From a virus (lineage: Duplodnaviria; Caudoviricetes), in the IMG/VR virus record IMGVR_UViG_3300025647_000027, positions 5,936 through 69,935 of that record: a stretch of DNA of 64,000 nt, one strand, 5' to 3'. The position numbers and the translations under genes were made by a program. The notes beneath the pieces were generated by a model. It was not told the DNA's origin. It saw only the letters and a list, made by a program, of their open reading frames with translations, and did not search any database. Each line of letters starts with the position of its first letter. The first letter of the stretch is position 1. This document shows, piece after piece, positions 19,834-28,788 of the stretch.

Positions 19834-20730
19834 ATGAGCGCGAAAGCAAAAGTATCAGAAGATGCTGTTAAGGATACAACTCCTGTAACAGATTTTTTAA
19901 GGAATGAAACAGTGACTGTTAAGTATTTAGTAAAGACTAGTACTAACATCAAGGATCCAAAGCATGTTGGCTATGGAGGATTATTTAACGGAACAGAGAT
20001 AGCAATACCTGCTCCGACGTTGGACAATAAGAAGATGAAAAATGTTCTTACCAACAAAGAGAAAGAAGGATTAGAATTCGTATTAGGTGGAGTTAATCTA
20101 TCTATTTATTCAGACTTCTGGAAAGAAAGTAATAAGGAGAATGGTATTTTCCCAATTTACTTAGGAAAAGATGATATGGTATTGGATCTTTCTGATCCGT
20201 ATGATTATATCAGATATAAAGTCTTAAAAGTTAGTCCTTTAGTGGCTGGTAGCCTTGACGAAATTAGAGACAAAGCTACTTATAGGTTTGTATTAGTTGC
20301 AGAAGGAGAGCAAACTTTAAAAGACAAAGCTGCTGTTGGAAACAAAGTATTAGCATTTGAAAAATATGTTGAATACAAGAACAACAAAGCTGTATTGAGA
20401 TACATCTTGAGAAACTTAGGTAGATACACTGCTAAGAATCAGAAATTAGATTTCTTACAGATTGAAACTGCTAAGATGATTGAAGCAGATCCTAACTTGT
20501 TCGTAGCAATTACGAATGACAAATTCATCACAACTAAGGTTCTTATTGAAGAGTGCCATGAGCACAATGTGATTGATAAGAAAGACAAGAAGTTCTATAC
20601 TAAAGAAGGAGAGCCACTTTCTGAGGGAGATACTCCAACGTTAGAAGTAGCGGCGGCATATCTTGCAAGTCCACTAGGACAAGAGATGAGGTTGACTTTA
20701 GAAGCAAAATTAAAGAATACTAGAGAGTAA
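19834..20730 (+). CDS. Conserved crAss-like capsid-module protein
   Basis: LDLSDPYDYIRYKVL motif; directly downstream of the MCP. Confidence 0.7.
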   Translation: MSAKAKVSEDAVKDTTPVTDFLRNETVTVKYLVKTSTNIKDPKHVGYGGLFNGTEIAIPAPTLDNKKMKNVLTNKEKEGLEFVLGGVNLSIYSDFWKESNKENGIFPIYLGKDDMVLDLSDPYDYIRYKVLKVSPLVAGSLDEIRDKATYRFVLVAEGEQTLKDKAAVGNKVLAFEKYVEYKNNKAVLRYILRNLGRYTAKNQKLDFLQIETAKMIEADPNLFVAITNDKFITTKVLIEECHEHNVIDKKDKKFYTKEGEPLSEGDTPTLEVAAAYLASPLGQEMRLTLEAKLKNTRE

Positions 20731-20734
20731 TTAA

Positions 20735-21475
20735 ATGACAGTAGCAGAATTCAGATCAGAATTTGACTTACTATATAATAACACATTAGGAGAAGGTGCA
20801 CCGGGTCTTGATAATTATGAAAGATCCGTGTATCTAACCACAGCGCAAGAAGAGTTGGTAAAGTCATTATATACAGGAGGCAATCCTTCAAGACAAAGTT
20901 TTGAGGATTCTGAACACCAGAGAAGAGCTCTTAATGAGTTAGTGAAAGATTACAAAGCAACTGATGTTGTTGCCTCAAATAGAGGTTTAGTGGAAGACTC
21001 TAAGATGTTTTCTCTACCAAATGACATTATGTTCATTGTTGCTGAAACAGCTACAATATCTAGCTCAGTATCATGCTTGAACGGAAAAGTAGTGATAGTA
21101 AAGCCAATAACTCACGATGAGTTTATGGTAAGTTATAAAAATCCTTTCAGAAAACCTAACACAAATAAAGTGTTTAGAGTTGATATTTCTAAAGAAAATA
21201 GCTCAAATACTGTTGAATTAGTGTCTTCTGAAAATTTAAGTCAATATAATATAAGGTACGTAAAGTACCCTAACCCAATCATCCTCAGTAATTTAACTAC
21301 TGATACACAAGTTGGAGGATTAGGTTTAACAATAAATGGTGCAACAAGTGTTGCAGGATCCGAATTAAATTCGTATCTTCACCGTGAGATTGTAAATAGA
21401 GCAGTGGAATTAGCTGTAAGAGATTACAGAGAAAACACACTACAAACTAGAATACAAACAAATAATAGAGTATAA
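20735..21475 (+). CDS. Tail ring / head-tail adaptor protein
   Basis: EFDLLYNN..APGLDNYERSVYLTTAQ, YVKYPNPI and HREIVNRAVELA motifs plus synteny. Confidence 0.75.
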   Translation: MTVAEFRSEFDLLYNNTLGEGAPGLDNYERSVYLTTAQEELVKSLYTGGNPSRQSFEDSEHQRRALNELVKDYKATDVVASNRGLVEDSKMFSLPNDIMFIVAETATISSSVSCLNGKVVIVKPITHDEFMVSYKNPFRKPNTNKVFRVDISKENSSNTVELVSSENLSQYNIRYVKYPNPIILSNLTTDTQVGGLGLTINGATSVAGSELNSYLHREIVNRAVELAVRDYRENTLQTRIQTNNRV

Positions 21476-21495
21476 ATTAAAAACAATTAAACATT

Positions 21496-22461
21496 ATGGG
21501 ATTAGCTGGGCAAAACCAAGTTAGACATTTTTATTCAGGATTAGCCACTCCTGGACACACAAGTATTACAGCTTTAAAAGCTGGAACTGCTGGAGACATC
21601 GTAGTATTATCTGCTGATGGAACTGACGTTGCAGCAAACACAGCTTGTAAGCTTTACAAGAAAAACGCAGCAGGTAACATTGTTGCATCAGACACAATCA
21701 AACCAGGAAACTTAATCTATGCAAAAGCAATAGAGTATGTGGCTCCTACGTTAGGTGTCGTAACATTTAGCGCATTAGCAGCTCCGGTTGTTGGTGAACT
21801 AGTAACAGTAGAAATAGTAGTCAAAGGGTTTGGCTCTTATTCTCCTGAAGACGAATATGTAAAGAAAGCTTTTTACAAAGTAGTTACTGGTGATAATCGG
21901 GAAGCTGTTGTAGATGGGCTTATTACATCATTAAATCGTAATTTCTCACGTGAGGTTGGAGCAACTGCTTCTACAAATCCTTACTTTACTTTTACTAAAA
22001 CAGGAGCTACAACTACTGCCGCTTTAGTAATTACTGAGAAAGATCAAGTTGACAACTATGTTGTTGGTAAGAAAGAGAAAACAAACATTGATTTCTATGC
22101 TGATTTAAAGATGACAACTTTACCTACTAAAACTGTTGTTGCATCTGACCCTGGAATTGGATCAGGTAAAACAGTAGCTTCTATGGAATGGTATTTAAAA
22201 GGTGAAAGAAATGATTTCTACCGTGAGGCTGGATATCCACACAACTTTGAGAATACTTATGAAACTAGTAAGACTGGAACTTACAATATTATCGAACTTG
22301 CGTACTTTGATGAAGGACGTGATGAAGCTAAGAAAAGTAAGAAACAAATTACTATCGCTATTCCTTACACTAACCTAGCTGGCCAAGCCGCTACAAACGT
22401 GTTGATTAATGACTTAAACACAGCTTTAAGCGCAGGAATGACTACATTTGCAGTAGCGTAA
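21496..22461 (+). CDS. Abundant structural protein (auxiliary capsid protein candidate)
   Basis: NQVRHFY and MEWYLKGERND.YR..GYP motifs; biased codons; followed by a terminator. Confidence 0.7.
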   Translation: MGLAGQNQVRHFYSGLATPGHTSITALKAGTAGDIVVLSADGTDVAANTACKLYKKNAAGNIVASDTIKPGNLIYAKAIEYVAPTLGVVTFSALAAPVVGELVTVEIVVKGFGSYSPEDEYVKKAFYKVVTGDNREAVVDGLITSLNRNFSREVGATASTNPYFTFTKTGATTTAALVITEKDQVDNYVVGKKEKTNIDFYADLKMTTLPTKTVVASDPGIGSGKTVASMEWYLKGERNDFYREAGYPHNFENTYETSKTGTYNIIELAYFDEGRDEAKKSKKQITIAIPYTNLAGQAATNVLINDLNTALSAGMTTFAVA

Positions 22462-22485
22462 TTACTGATTAAAAATCAAATAACC

Positions 22486-22522
22486 AAAAGGGGTAAGGAG
22501 TTAATCTCTTTATCCCTTTTTT
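22486..22522 (+). terminator. Rho-independent terminator
   Basis: AAAAGGGGTAAGGAG-TTAAT-CTCTTTATCCCTTTTTT. Confidence 0.75.
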
Positions 22523-22533
22523 AATACAAAGAA

Positions 22534-23106
22534 ATGGCTATAACAGTTAATACATTTTTAGTTTCTAATGACAAGACAACAATAACAGTTGTACTTGATG
22601 CAGGTGTCGGTAATTTAATTACAGGAGCTACTCTGTGGACAGAAGCTACATATAAAGATCCTAATAATGGAGTTGATTTATCTTCATTGTTGTCAGGGAT
22701 TAATAATAATGAATCATTTACTATTACCACTGCAATTGCAGGTGTTGATAGTTTCGAGGGTATTTACTTCGGAGAATTCACATCAAATGAACCAGACGCA
22801 GCTATTGTTGCTACGGCTCCTATGGCCAAATACTATGCTGTAATGGCTAAGCTATTAGCTGAGGTTGACCTATCATGCTTGAATTGTAATGAGAATTTTC
22901 AAAACGCGCTCTTACTAGACTTATATGTTGAATCAATGAAGAATGCCTTACAACTAGGTAGATTTCAAGATGCAATTACATTCCTAGATAGAGTTAACCT
23001 ATACACATCAACATCATGTGATTCTTGCGATAGTATAAATCCAGTAGTTTCATCTGCCGGAAGTATAGTTTCAATAGGTGTTATTGATTGTGTCTTAACA
23101 GTTTAA
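22534..23106 (+). CDS. Structural protein (tail hub candidate)
   Basis: Position in the structural module; Cys clusters CLNC and CDSC. Confidence 0.55.
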   Translation: MAITVNTFLVSNDKTTITVVLDAGVGNLITGATLWTEATYKDPNNGVDLSSLLSGINNNESFTITTAIAGVDSFEGIYFGEFTSNEPDAAIVATAPMAKYYAVMAKLLAEVDLSCLNCNENFQNALLLDLYVESMKNALQLGRFQDAITFLDRVNLYTSTSCDSCDSINPVVSSAGSIVSIGVIDCVLTV

Positions 23107-23110
23107 TAAT

Positions 23111-24067
23111 ATGACAGATAATAATGCAAATGTATTCGTATCATCAATGCTACGAATAGACAAAAGATTTAAGTTTTATGGAGCTGGCTCAATAGCCAAC
23201 ATTTCATTACTTAAAATGATATATAAATACGCTTGCTATTCTGATACGTATGTTACTCTTCAAAAGCTAGACGTAATGGTTAGTCTTCTTCAACAAAAAG
23301 ATCCAGATATCTGTATGAACACAATTAATGTGACAGGATCAGGTTTCTTCCCAGAAGATTCACCAGTAGTTGATATACCTGATAACGCAAGTAATACAGC
23401 TCCAACAATAAGTGCCAACACTATTACAGTGCCTGAGGCCATATATACATTTGCTGCTTCAGAATTCTTAGTTGGATTCGCTGATGCTGATGGTGATGGT
23501 AGTGGAAATATAGTTATAAAAACTTTACCCGGGGCCGGTACATTAAAATTAAGTGGAGTTGCAGTGACTGCTGGCCAGGTGATAACACAGGCTAATATTT
23601 TAAACTTAACGTATACAAGAAACGTAGATACAGCTTATGGAACTTCATTCACTTGGAGTGTATATGACAACAATCAGAATCCTATGCAATCTTCTCCAGC
23701 TACAATGACAGTTACAGTTCTATCTAATACAGAGAATGCTACTGCTGTGATAGGTGATAATACCATCTATCCTGCAAACAGAGCAATAACAACTCTTACA
23801 TTAGCTATGTTCACAACTGAGACAACTGATCCTTATTCTGACGCAGAAGGTGATTTACTTGCTGCAATTAGAATAGATGAGATTTCATTAGAGAATTCTG
23901 GAGTATTTAAGATAGCAGGAACACCAATAGTAGTTGGTGATATAATAACAAGAGCACAACTTTCAGCAGGAGATTTTACTCATGAGGGTCCTGATCAAGA
24001 TTCAGTTAACTCAGATGTATTTGCTTACTCTGCAAGGGATGAAGGTTCTTTAACTTGGGTTCAATAA
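23111..24067 (+). CDS. Virion protein with two Ig/cadherin-like repeats
   Basis: FADADGD and YSDAEGD repeats, paralogous to 7955. Confidence 0.65.
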   Translation: MTDNNANVFVSSMLRIDKRFKFYGAGSIANISLLKMIYKYACYSDTYVTLQKLDVMVSLLQQKDPDICMNTINVTGSGFFPEDSPVVDIPDNASNTAPTISANTITVPEAIYTFAASEFLVGFADADGDGSGNIVIKTLPGAGTLKLSGVAVTAGQVITQANILNLTYTRNVDTAYGTSFTWSVYDNNQNPMQSSPATMTVTVLSNTENATAVIGDNTIYPANRAITTLTLAMFTTETTDPYSDAEGDLLAAIRIDEISLENSGVFKIAGTPIVVGDIITRAQLSAGDFTHEGPDQDSVNSDVFAYSARDEGSLTWVQ

Positions 24068-24252
24068 TGTTTAGTAGATTAATAACAAGTAGAAAATTAT
24101 GGGGCGCTCTAATAGGGAGCGCCTGCATAATGATATTAGTAGTAATAACTCCTGAAAGCTCTATTGGAAATGTAGTAGCAATTGTAGGAGGATTATGGAT
24201 GGCAGCAATAGGTGGCCAAGCAGTATCTGACGCTTTAAAGAAAAAAGAATAA
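24067..24252 (+). CDS. Small two-TM membrane protein (holin-like)
   Basis: SRKLW motif and two hydrophobic helices; TAATG-coupled start at 24067. Confidence 0.6.
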   Translation: MFSRLITSRKLWGALIGSACIMILVVITPESSIGNVVAIVGGLWMAAIGGQAVSDALKKKE

Positions 24253-24548
24253 TGGCATTATTTACAATAACAAATAACGGAGGTAATCTTACAGAATTTA
24301 GTGTAAGCGCTATAACTGGTAATGGCTGTGCTTTAGCTGATCTTTCTCCATACAGTGCGTCGTTATGGCACAATGGGTTTGGTTCATATCCTGTAATAGG
24401 TGATATTATTTATACAACTAGTACTGGCGCAACAAAGGCAGTTAGTATTGGAGGCGTATTCAATGATAGTCATCTTCAAATGGGAAATCTCGAGTATTTA
24501 AAAACAGATGCTTCTGGAATAATGGTAGCTTTACGCTGTGAAGCATAA
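24252..24548 (+). CDS. Small virion-associated protein candidate
   Basis: 98 aa, beta-rich; N-terminus MALFTIT resembles those of neighbouring genes. Confidence 0.55.
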   Translation: MALFTITNNGGNLTEFSVSAITGNGCALADLSPYSASLWHNGFGSYPVIGDIIYTTSTGATKAVSIGGVFNDSHLQMGNLEYLKTDASGIMVALRCEA

Positions 24549-24558
24549 AATAAAAAAA

Positions 24559-25302
24559 ATGGCAATATTTAATGTAACAACAGGAGGAAGTGTAAACCTA
24601 CCTCCAACACAAGTAGGTGATATAACTATTGACTTAACGTTCAATGAGACTTACGTATTTACAATAGCTGATTTCACAACTCTAACCACTCCAGTTTATT
24701 CTGACCCGGAAGGAGACAGCGTACAATCAGTTAAGATATTAACTCTTCCAGCTGTTGGAGGATTATTATTATCTGCTGTTGCGGTTACTGTTGGTCAAGA
24801 AATAGCTTTAGCTGACATAACAGGTGGAAACTTAACGTATGTTGCCGATGTAGCACAAACGGCTGGATATACTGATTCAGCAATGACATTTAATATAGCT
24901 GATGATGGATCTGGTTCATATGGAGCAATAACTCCAGGAGTAGTTACATTTACAGCTGAAGCAGAGGTTAATCTTCCTCCAAGTTCAATAGGAAATCTTA
25001 CAATAAACCTTGTTTACGGTGAGTTCCATGTATTTACAAGAGCTAATTTTACAACAGAAACAACACCAGCTTATGTTGATCCAGAGGGAGATCCCGCATT
25101 GAATTTAAAGATATTATCTTTACCTGCAACTGGAAATTTGAAATTAAGTGCAGTAAATTGTACTGTAAATCAAGTTGTGCCATTTAGCTCTATTGATAGC
25201 GGACTTTTTACTTATGCTCCTAATGTGGCTATAACAACTGTACAAAATTTAACATTTGATTTTGCAATTGCTGACTCTGGTTCATTGCAATATTCATCAT
25301 AA
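24559..25302 (+). CDS. Virion protein with two Ig/cadherin-like repeats
   Basis: Full-length paralogue of 7955 (YSDPEGD, YVDPEGD); start at ATG 24559. Confidence 0.7.
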   Translation: MAIFNVTTGGSVNLPPTQVGDITIDLTFNETYVFTIADFTTLTTPVYSDPEGDSVQSVKILTLPAVGGLLLSAVAVTVGQEIALADITGGNLTYVADVAQTAGYTDSAMTFNIADDGSGSYGAITPGVVTFTAEAEVNLPPSSIGNLTINLVYGEFHVFTRANFTTETTPAYVDPEGDPALNLKILSLPATGNLKLSAVNCTVNQVVPFSSIDSGLFTYAPNVAITTVQNLTFDFAIADSGSLQYSS

Positions 25303-25348
25303 TTGTTTATAACTAATTCTATGTATCAATAGTTTATGATACTATTTC

Positions 25349-25380
25349 TTGACTTATATACATAAAATGCGTATATTTAC
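25349..25380 (+). promoter_or_regulatory. Promoter TTGAC-N18-TATATTTAC
   Basis: Recurrent bipartite motif in an intergenic gap. Confidence 0.65.
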
Positions 25381-25401
25381 AAAAATCAATATATATATTT
25401 T

Positions 25402-26505
25402 ATGAGTTCAGATATCAATAAAATTAAGGATTTTTTAGGGAGAAGAAACGGGTATTTAAAATGTGGCAATCAGAGGATTTCTGATGCATTAGACGTTGAA
25501 TACGGAGGTTCCGGAACCTTTACCTTAGAAGATATTAAAAAAGCAAAAAAAGAGGTTAAAAAGCATCAGGCAGCTCCTGAGATTAAACCTCTAAAAACAT
25601 TAAGTCAATCTCAAGAGAGTGAATTGAAAAAGCAACTTGAAGAGATGGCGCAAAAAATGGGTTTAACTTTAAGCCCAGTGGTAAGTGCAAATAATGCGCC
25701 AACCACTTTATTAAAAAAGAAAGTTAATTTACATGCAGTGCAAACACCACCGTTGGCAAATCAGGTTGGAATGCACATTGTATTAGGATGTAATCACGTA
25801 CCTTTCCATAATGTCAGAATGCATGAAGGCATTAAGGAATTATTAGCTGATTACAGAAGTGAAATAAAAGGGTTCCATTTAATTGGTGATTTTTTGGATA
25901 TGAATACTCTGTCTTCTCATGATAAAGGAAGATTCACCGCAGTACCGGGTTTAACACTTGACGATGAATACGAAGTTGGCAATGACATATTAGATGAATA
26001 TGAGGCCATACTTCCAAAGAAAGTGTGGAAAACTTACCTTTATGGTAACCATGAGGATAGGTATAACAGATGGATGAAAAATATGGACAACGCTAAGACA
26101 CCATTAGATTCACCTACTGAAGCCTTAAGATTATGGGAAAGAGGGTTTAATGTGAAAGAGTCTTGGCAACAAGATTACTTTACGCTTGGAAAACATCTAG
26201 ACATATTCCACGGAATATATTTCAATGTTCATTGCGCTAAAGCTCACATGGATAAACTAAGAGGAAGTTGCATGTTTGCACACACTCATAGAATTCAGAC
26301 CTACATAGAAGGTAACACTGGTAGTTTTAATATTGGTGCTTGCGCTGATTTTAATAGCAAAGCTTTTAATTATGCCAGTAGAGCAATGAAGTCACAATGG
26401 CAAAATGGTTTCTCGATAGTAATGATAGATTCAGACGGAACTTATCACACAACTCAAATCATATGTCAAGACGGAGGATTTTTCTTTGGTGGAAAGAAAT
26501 ATTAA
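25402..26505 (+). CDS. Calcineurin-like metallophosphoesterase
   Basis: GDFLD, GNHE, FHG and AHTH motifs; motif I is atypical (GCNH). Confidence 0.8.
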   Translation: MSSDINKIKDFLGRRNGYLKCGNQRISDALDVEYGGSGTFTLEDIKKAKKEVKKHQAAPEIKPLKTLSQSQESELKKQLEEMAQKMGLTLSPVVSANNAPTTLLKKKVNLHAVQTPPLANQVGMHIVLGCNHVPFHNVRMHEGIKELLADYRSEIKGFHLIGDFLDMNTLSSHDKGRFTAVPGLTLDDEYEVGNDILDEYEAILPKKVWKTYLYGNHEDRYNRWMKNMDNAKTPLDSPTEALRLWERGFNVKESWQQDYFTLGKHLDIFHGIYFNVHCAKAHMDKLRGSCMFAHTHRIQTYIEGNTGSFNIGACADFNSKAFNYASRAMKSQWQNGFSIVMIDSDGTYHTTQIICQDGGFFFGGKKY

Positions 26506-26802
26506 ATGGATAATGACGTAATAATAGGGTCAATAACAATACCATATAGCCTCTCAAATAATGAGAGGCTTTTGTGGTTAGAGGATTGGATATATGCTTC
26601 ATCTGAAGGTTTGTTATGTAGACGTATAGTTGAACTTATATTTATACAAGAACATCATATATCAGATTCTATAAAATATTTAATGGAATGCAAGAGGTGG
26701 ATCTATATTGGCGGTAATGAATTTTACGCTCCTAATGGAACTATTGCTAGGTTCTTATATGATGAAGAAGCTGACAAATTACTAAATGAAATAAGAAGAT
26801 AA
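26506..26802 (+). CDS. Hypothetical protein
   Basis: 98 aa ORF abutting both neighbours. Confidence 0.55.
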   Translation: MDNDVIIGSITIPYSLSNNERLLWLEDWIYASSEGLLCRRIVELIFIQEHHISDSIKYLMECKRWIYIGGNEFYAPNGTIARFLYDEEADKLLNEIRR

Positions 26803-27485
26803 TGACAAAAAGAGAATTAGTCTATACAGTTTTTGAGAAACTTAAAATTAACAGTGATGACATGGACATCTCTGAAGAATTAGTTTCCTTCCTTATAGAT
26901 AGCAAAAGAGCAATGTTGCTTAAACAAAGATTTGACGCCAAGCCTTGGGCTATGCCAGTTGAAACTAAACAAGAATTATGCTTAAGTCTTGAAGTAGCTT
27001 CTGTTATTAATGGATATCCTTGCTTTGGAAGAATTTTAAGAACTACTGAAGCTTTACCTTCTAGTATTAAGATTAAAGGAAAAGAGGGTCCAATGACTGT
27101 TAGGAAATATGACAGCTCGGCCATACATGTAAATATAATCCCATTAGAAAGAATACCTTTCATTGGACACAATCACTTTACAGCTCAGATGATATACGGA
27201 ACTGTTGATTATGATAATAAATTCTATTTAGTCTCAGGATCAAATAAGTTAAAGCTTATGACTGAAATTAAGATTGCTGACATATTTGAGAATCCTGATG
27301 ATGCTCATGCATTAAAATGCACAGCTGCTAATGAAACAGCATGTGAAGCATGGGATAGAGCATATCCGGTAGAATTATCAATGGTTGATGACATTGTAAA
27401 ACTAGTTGTACAAGATTTATCAAGAACTTTAAGTATTCCTGATGATAGTACTAATGACGCAGATGGAGAAAGAAAAGGACAATAG
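26802..27485 (+). CDS. Tail ring protein
   Basis: RELVYTV.E.L...SDD, RA.LLKQ, FENP and YP motifs plus crAss-like synteny. Confidence 0.7.
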   Translation: MTKRELVYTVFEKLKINSDDMDISEELVSFLIDSKRAMLLKQRFDAKPWAMPVETKQELCLSLEVASVINGYPCFGRILRTTEALPSSIKIKGKEGPMTVRKYDSSAIHVNIIPLERIPFIGHNHFTAQMIYGTVDYDNKFYLVSGSNKLKLMTEIKIADIFENPDDAHALKCTAANETACEAWDRAYPVELSMVDDIVKLVVQDLSRTLSIPDDSTNDADGERKGQ

Positions 27486-27972
27486 AAGTCACATAGTAAA
27501 GGCTGACTACGGAACAAATGATTATTATAGATTCTATAAAAAGAAATATAGAACAGATGTGTCTAGACTTATTTATGGTAAAATCATAAGAGAGTTTAAT
27601 GAGCATACAAGAGACAGGTTATCTAGAAAAGGAGCAGGATATATTATTCCTAACGGATTAGGAAAGATAGAACTACGTAAGATGAAAACTGAAGTTAAGA
27701 TTGATGACGACGGTTCTATTATAAACCACCTTCCAACCAACTGGAAAGAAACAAGAAAACTTTGGAGTGAAAATCCAAAGGCAAGAGAAAAAAGAGTGAA
27801 AATTAAGTTTACCAATGAGCATACTGACGGTCATATGTTTAGAATTGTTTACTTAAGATCCAAAGCAACATATAAAAATAAAAGCGTATATAAGATGAGA
27901 TTTAATAGAACAATGAAGAGAGATCTTTCTAAATCTATATTTCAGGGTCGTATTGACGCATTCTTAAAATAA
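27463..27972 (+). CDS. IHF-like protein of the crAss tail module
   Basis: P.GLG.IELRK, NWKETRKLW and F.FNRT.KR.L; typical position before the tail tubular gene; start could also be 27442. Confidence 0.75.
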   Translation: MEKEKDNRSHIVKADYGTNDYYRFYKKKYRTDVSRLIYGKIIREFNEHTRDRLSRKGAGYIIPNGLGKIELRKMKTEVKIDDDGSIINHLPTNWKETRKLWSENPKAREKRVKIKFTNEHTDGHMFRIVYLRSKATYKNKSVYKMRFNRTMKRDLSKSIFQGRIDAFLK

Positions 27973-27978
27973 CAAGAC

Positions 27979-28785
27979 ATGGCACAAACAGGTAGAGTAG
28001 TAAGTTTAAAAATAGTAGCTGATAGGCTAATGCAAAATCCAGTTCTTAAGGATCTTACTTGGGAGTTTATTGTAGACAAAGCTGTTGAGGTTATGAGTTT
28101 ACTTGACGCTCCTGCATTGTATATCTCTAAAGAAGATAATATAAAGATAGTAAATCACAAGGGTAAGCTTCCGACTGATGTTATGCATGTTAACCAGGTA
28201 TTTAAAGTTGGTTCAGTTCTAACAGGAACAGCATCATCAACAGGCCTAGATAACAATTATTCAACAAGCGCCGCTACATCATCAACATCAACGTCTTCTA
28301 ATTCAGGATACACACTAATACCATTAAGAACAGGAACTGATACTCTTCATGATCACTATGGAAAGTTTAAGTCTGCTTCTACTGGATCAACTGGAGGACA
28401 AACATATTCATTGAATAGCAATAACATCTTTACTAATTTCGAATCAGGAACAGTGGTTATAGTTTACAAAGCTATTGCAACTGATGAAGAGTGTTATCCA
28501 TTAGTAACAAACAATGCATCATTACTTAGATGTATTGAAAGCTATATAAAATACAGATGGTTTGATATCTTAAATGATATGGATCAAATCTCTGATAGAA
28601 AATTCAACAAGGCTGAAGTGGACTATTGCGCAAACGTTGCTCAAGCAGACGCTAATTTAAAATTACCTTCTGATGATGAAATGGAGACGCTAGTCAATCA
28701 AATAACTCAACTAATACCTTCTAGAACTCAATTCCAAGATAGATTTGCATTTCTAGGAGCACAAGAACACTTACGTATACACTAA
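27979..28785 (+). CDS. Tail tubular / ring protein (P22 gp4-like)
   Basis: I.TNFESG...IVYKAIATDEECYP motif plus synteny. Confidence 0.75.
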   Translation: MAQTGRVVSLKIVADRLMQNPVLKDLTWEFIVDKAVEVMSLLDAPALYISKEDNIKIVNHKGKLPTDVMHVNQVFKVGSVLTGTASSTGLDNNYSTSAATSSTSTSSNSGYTLIPLRTGTDTLHDHYGKFKSASTGSTGGQTYSLNSNNIFTNFESGTVVIVYKAIATDEECYPLVTNNASLLRCIESYIKYRWFDILNDMDQISDRKFNKAEVDYCANVAQADANLKLPSDDEMETLVNQITQLIPSRTQFQDRFAFLGAQEHLRIH

Positions 28786-28788
28786 GAT

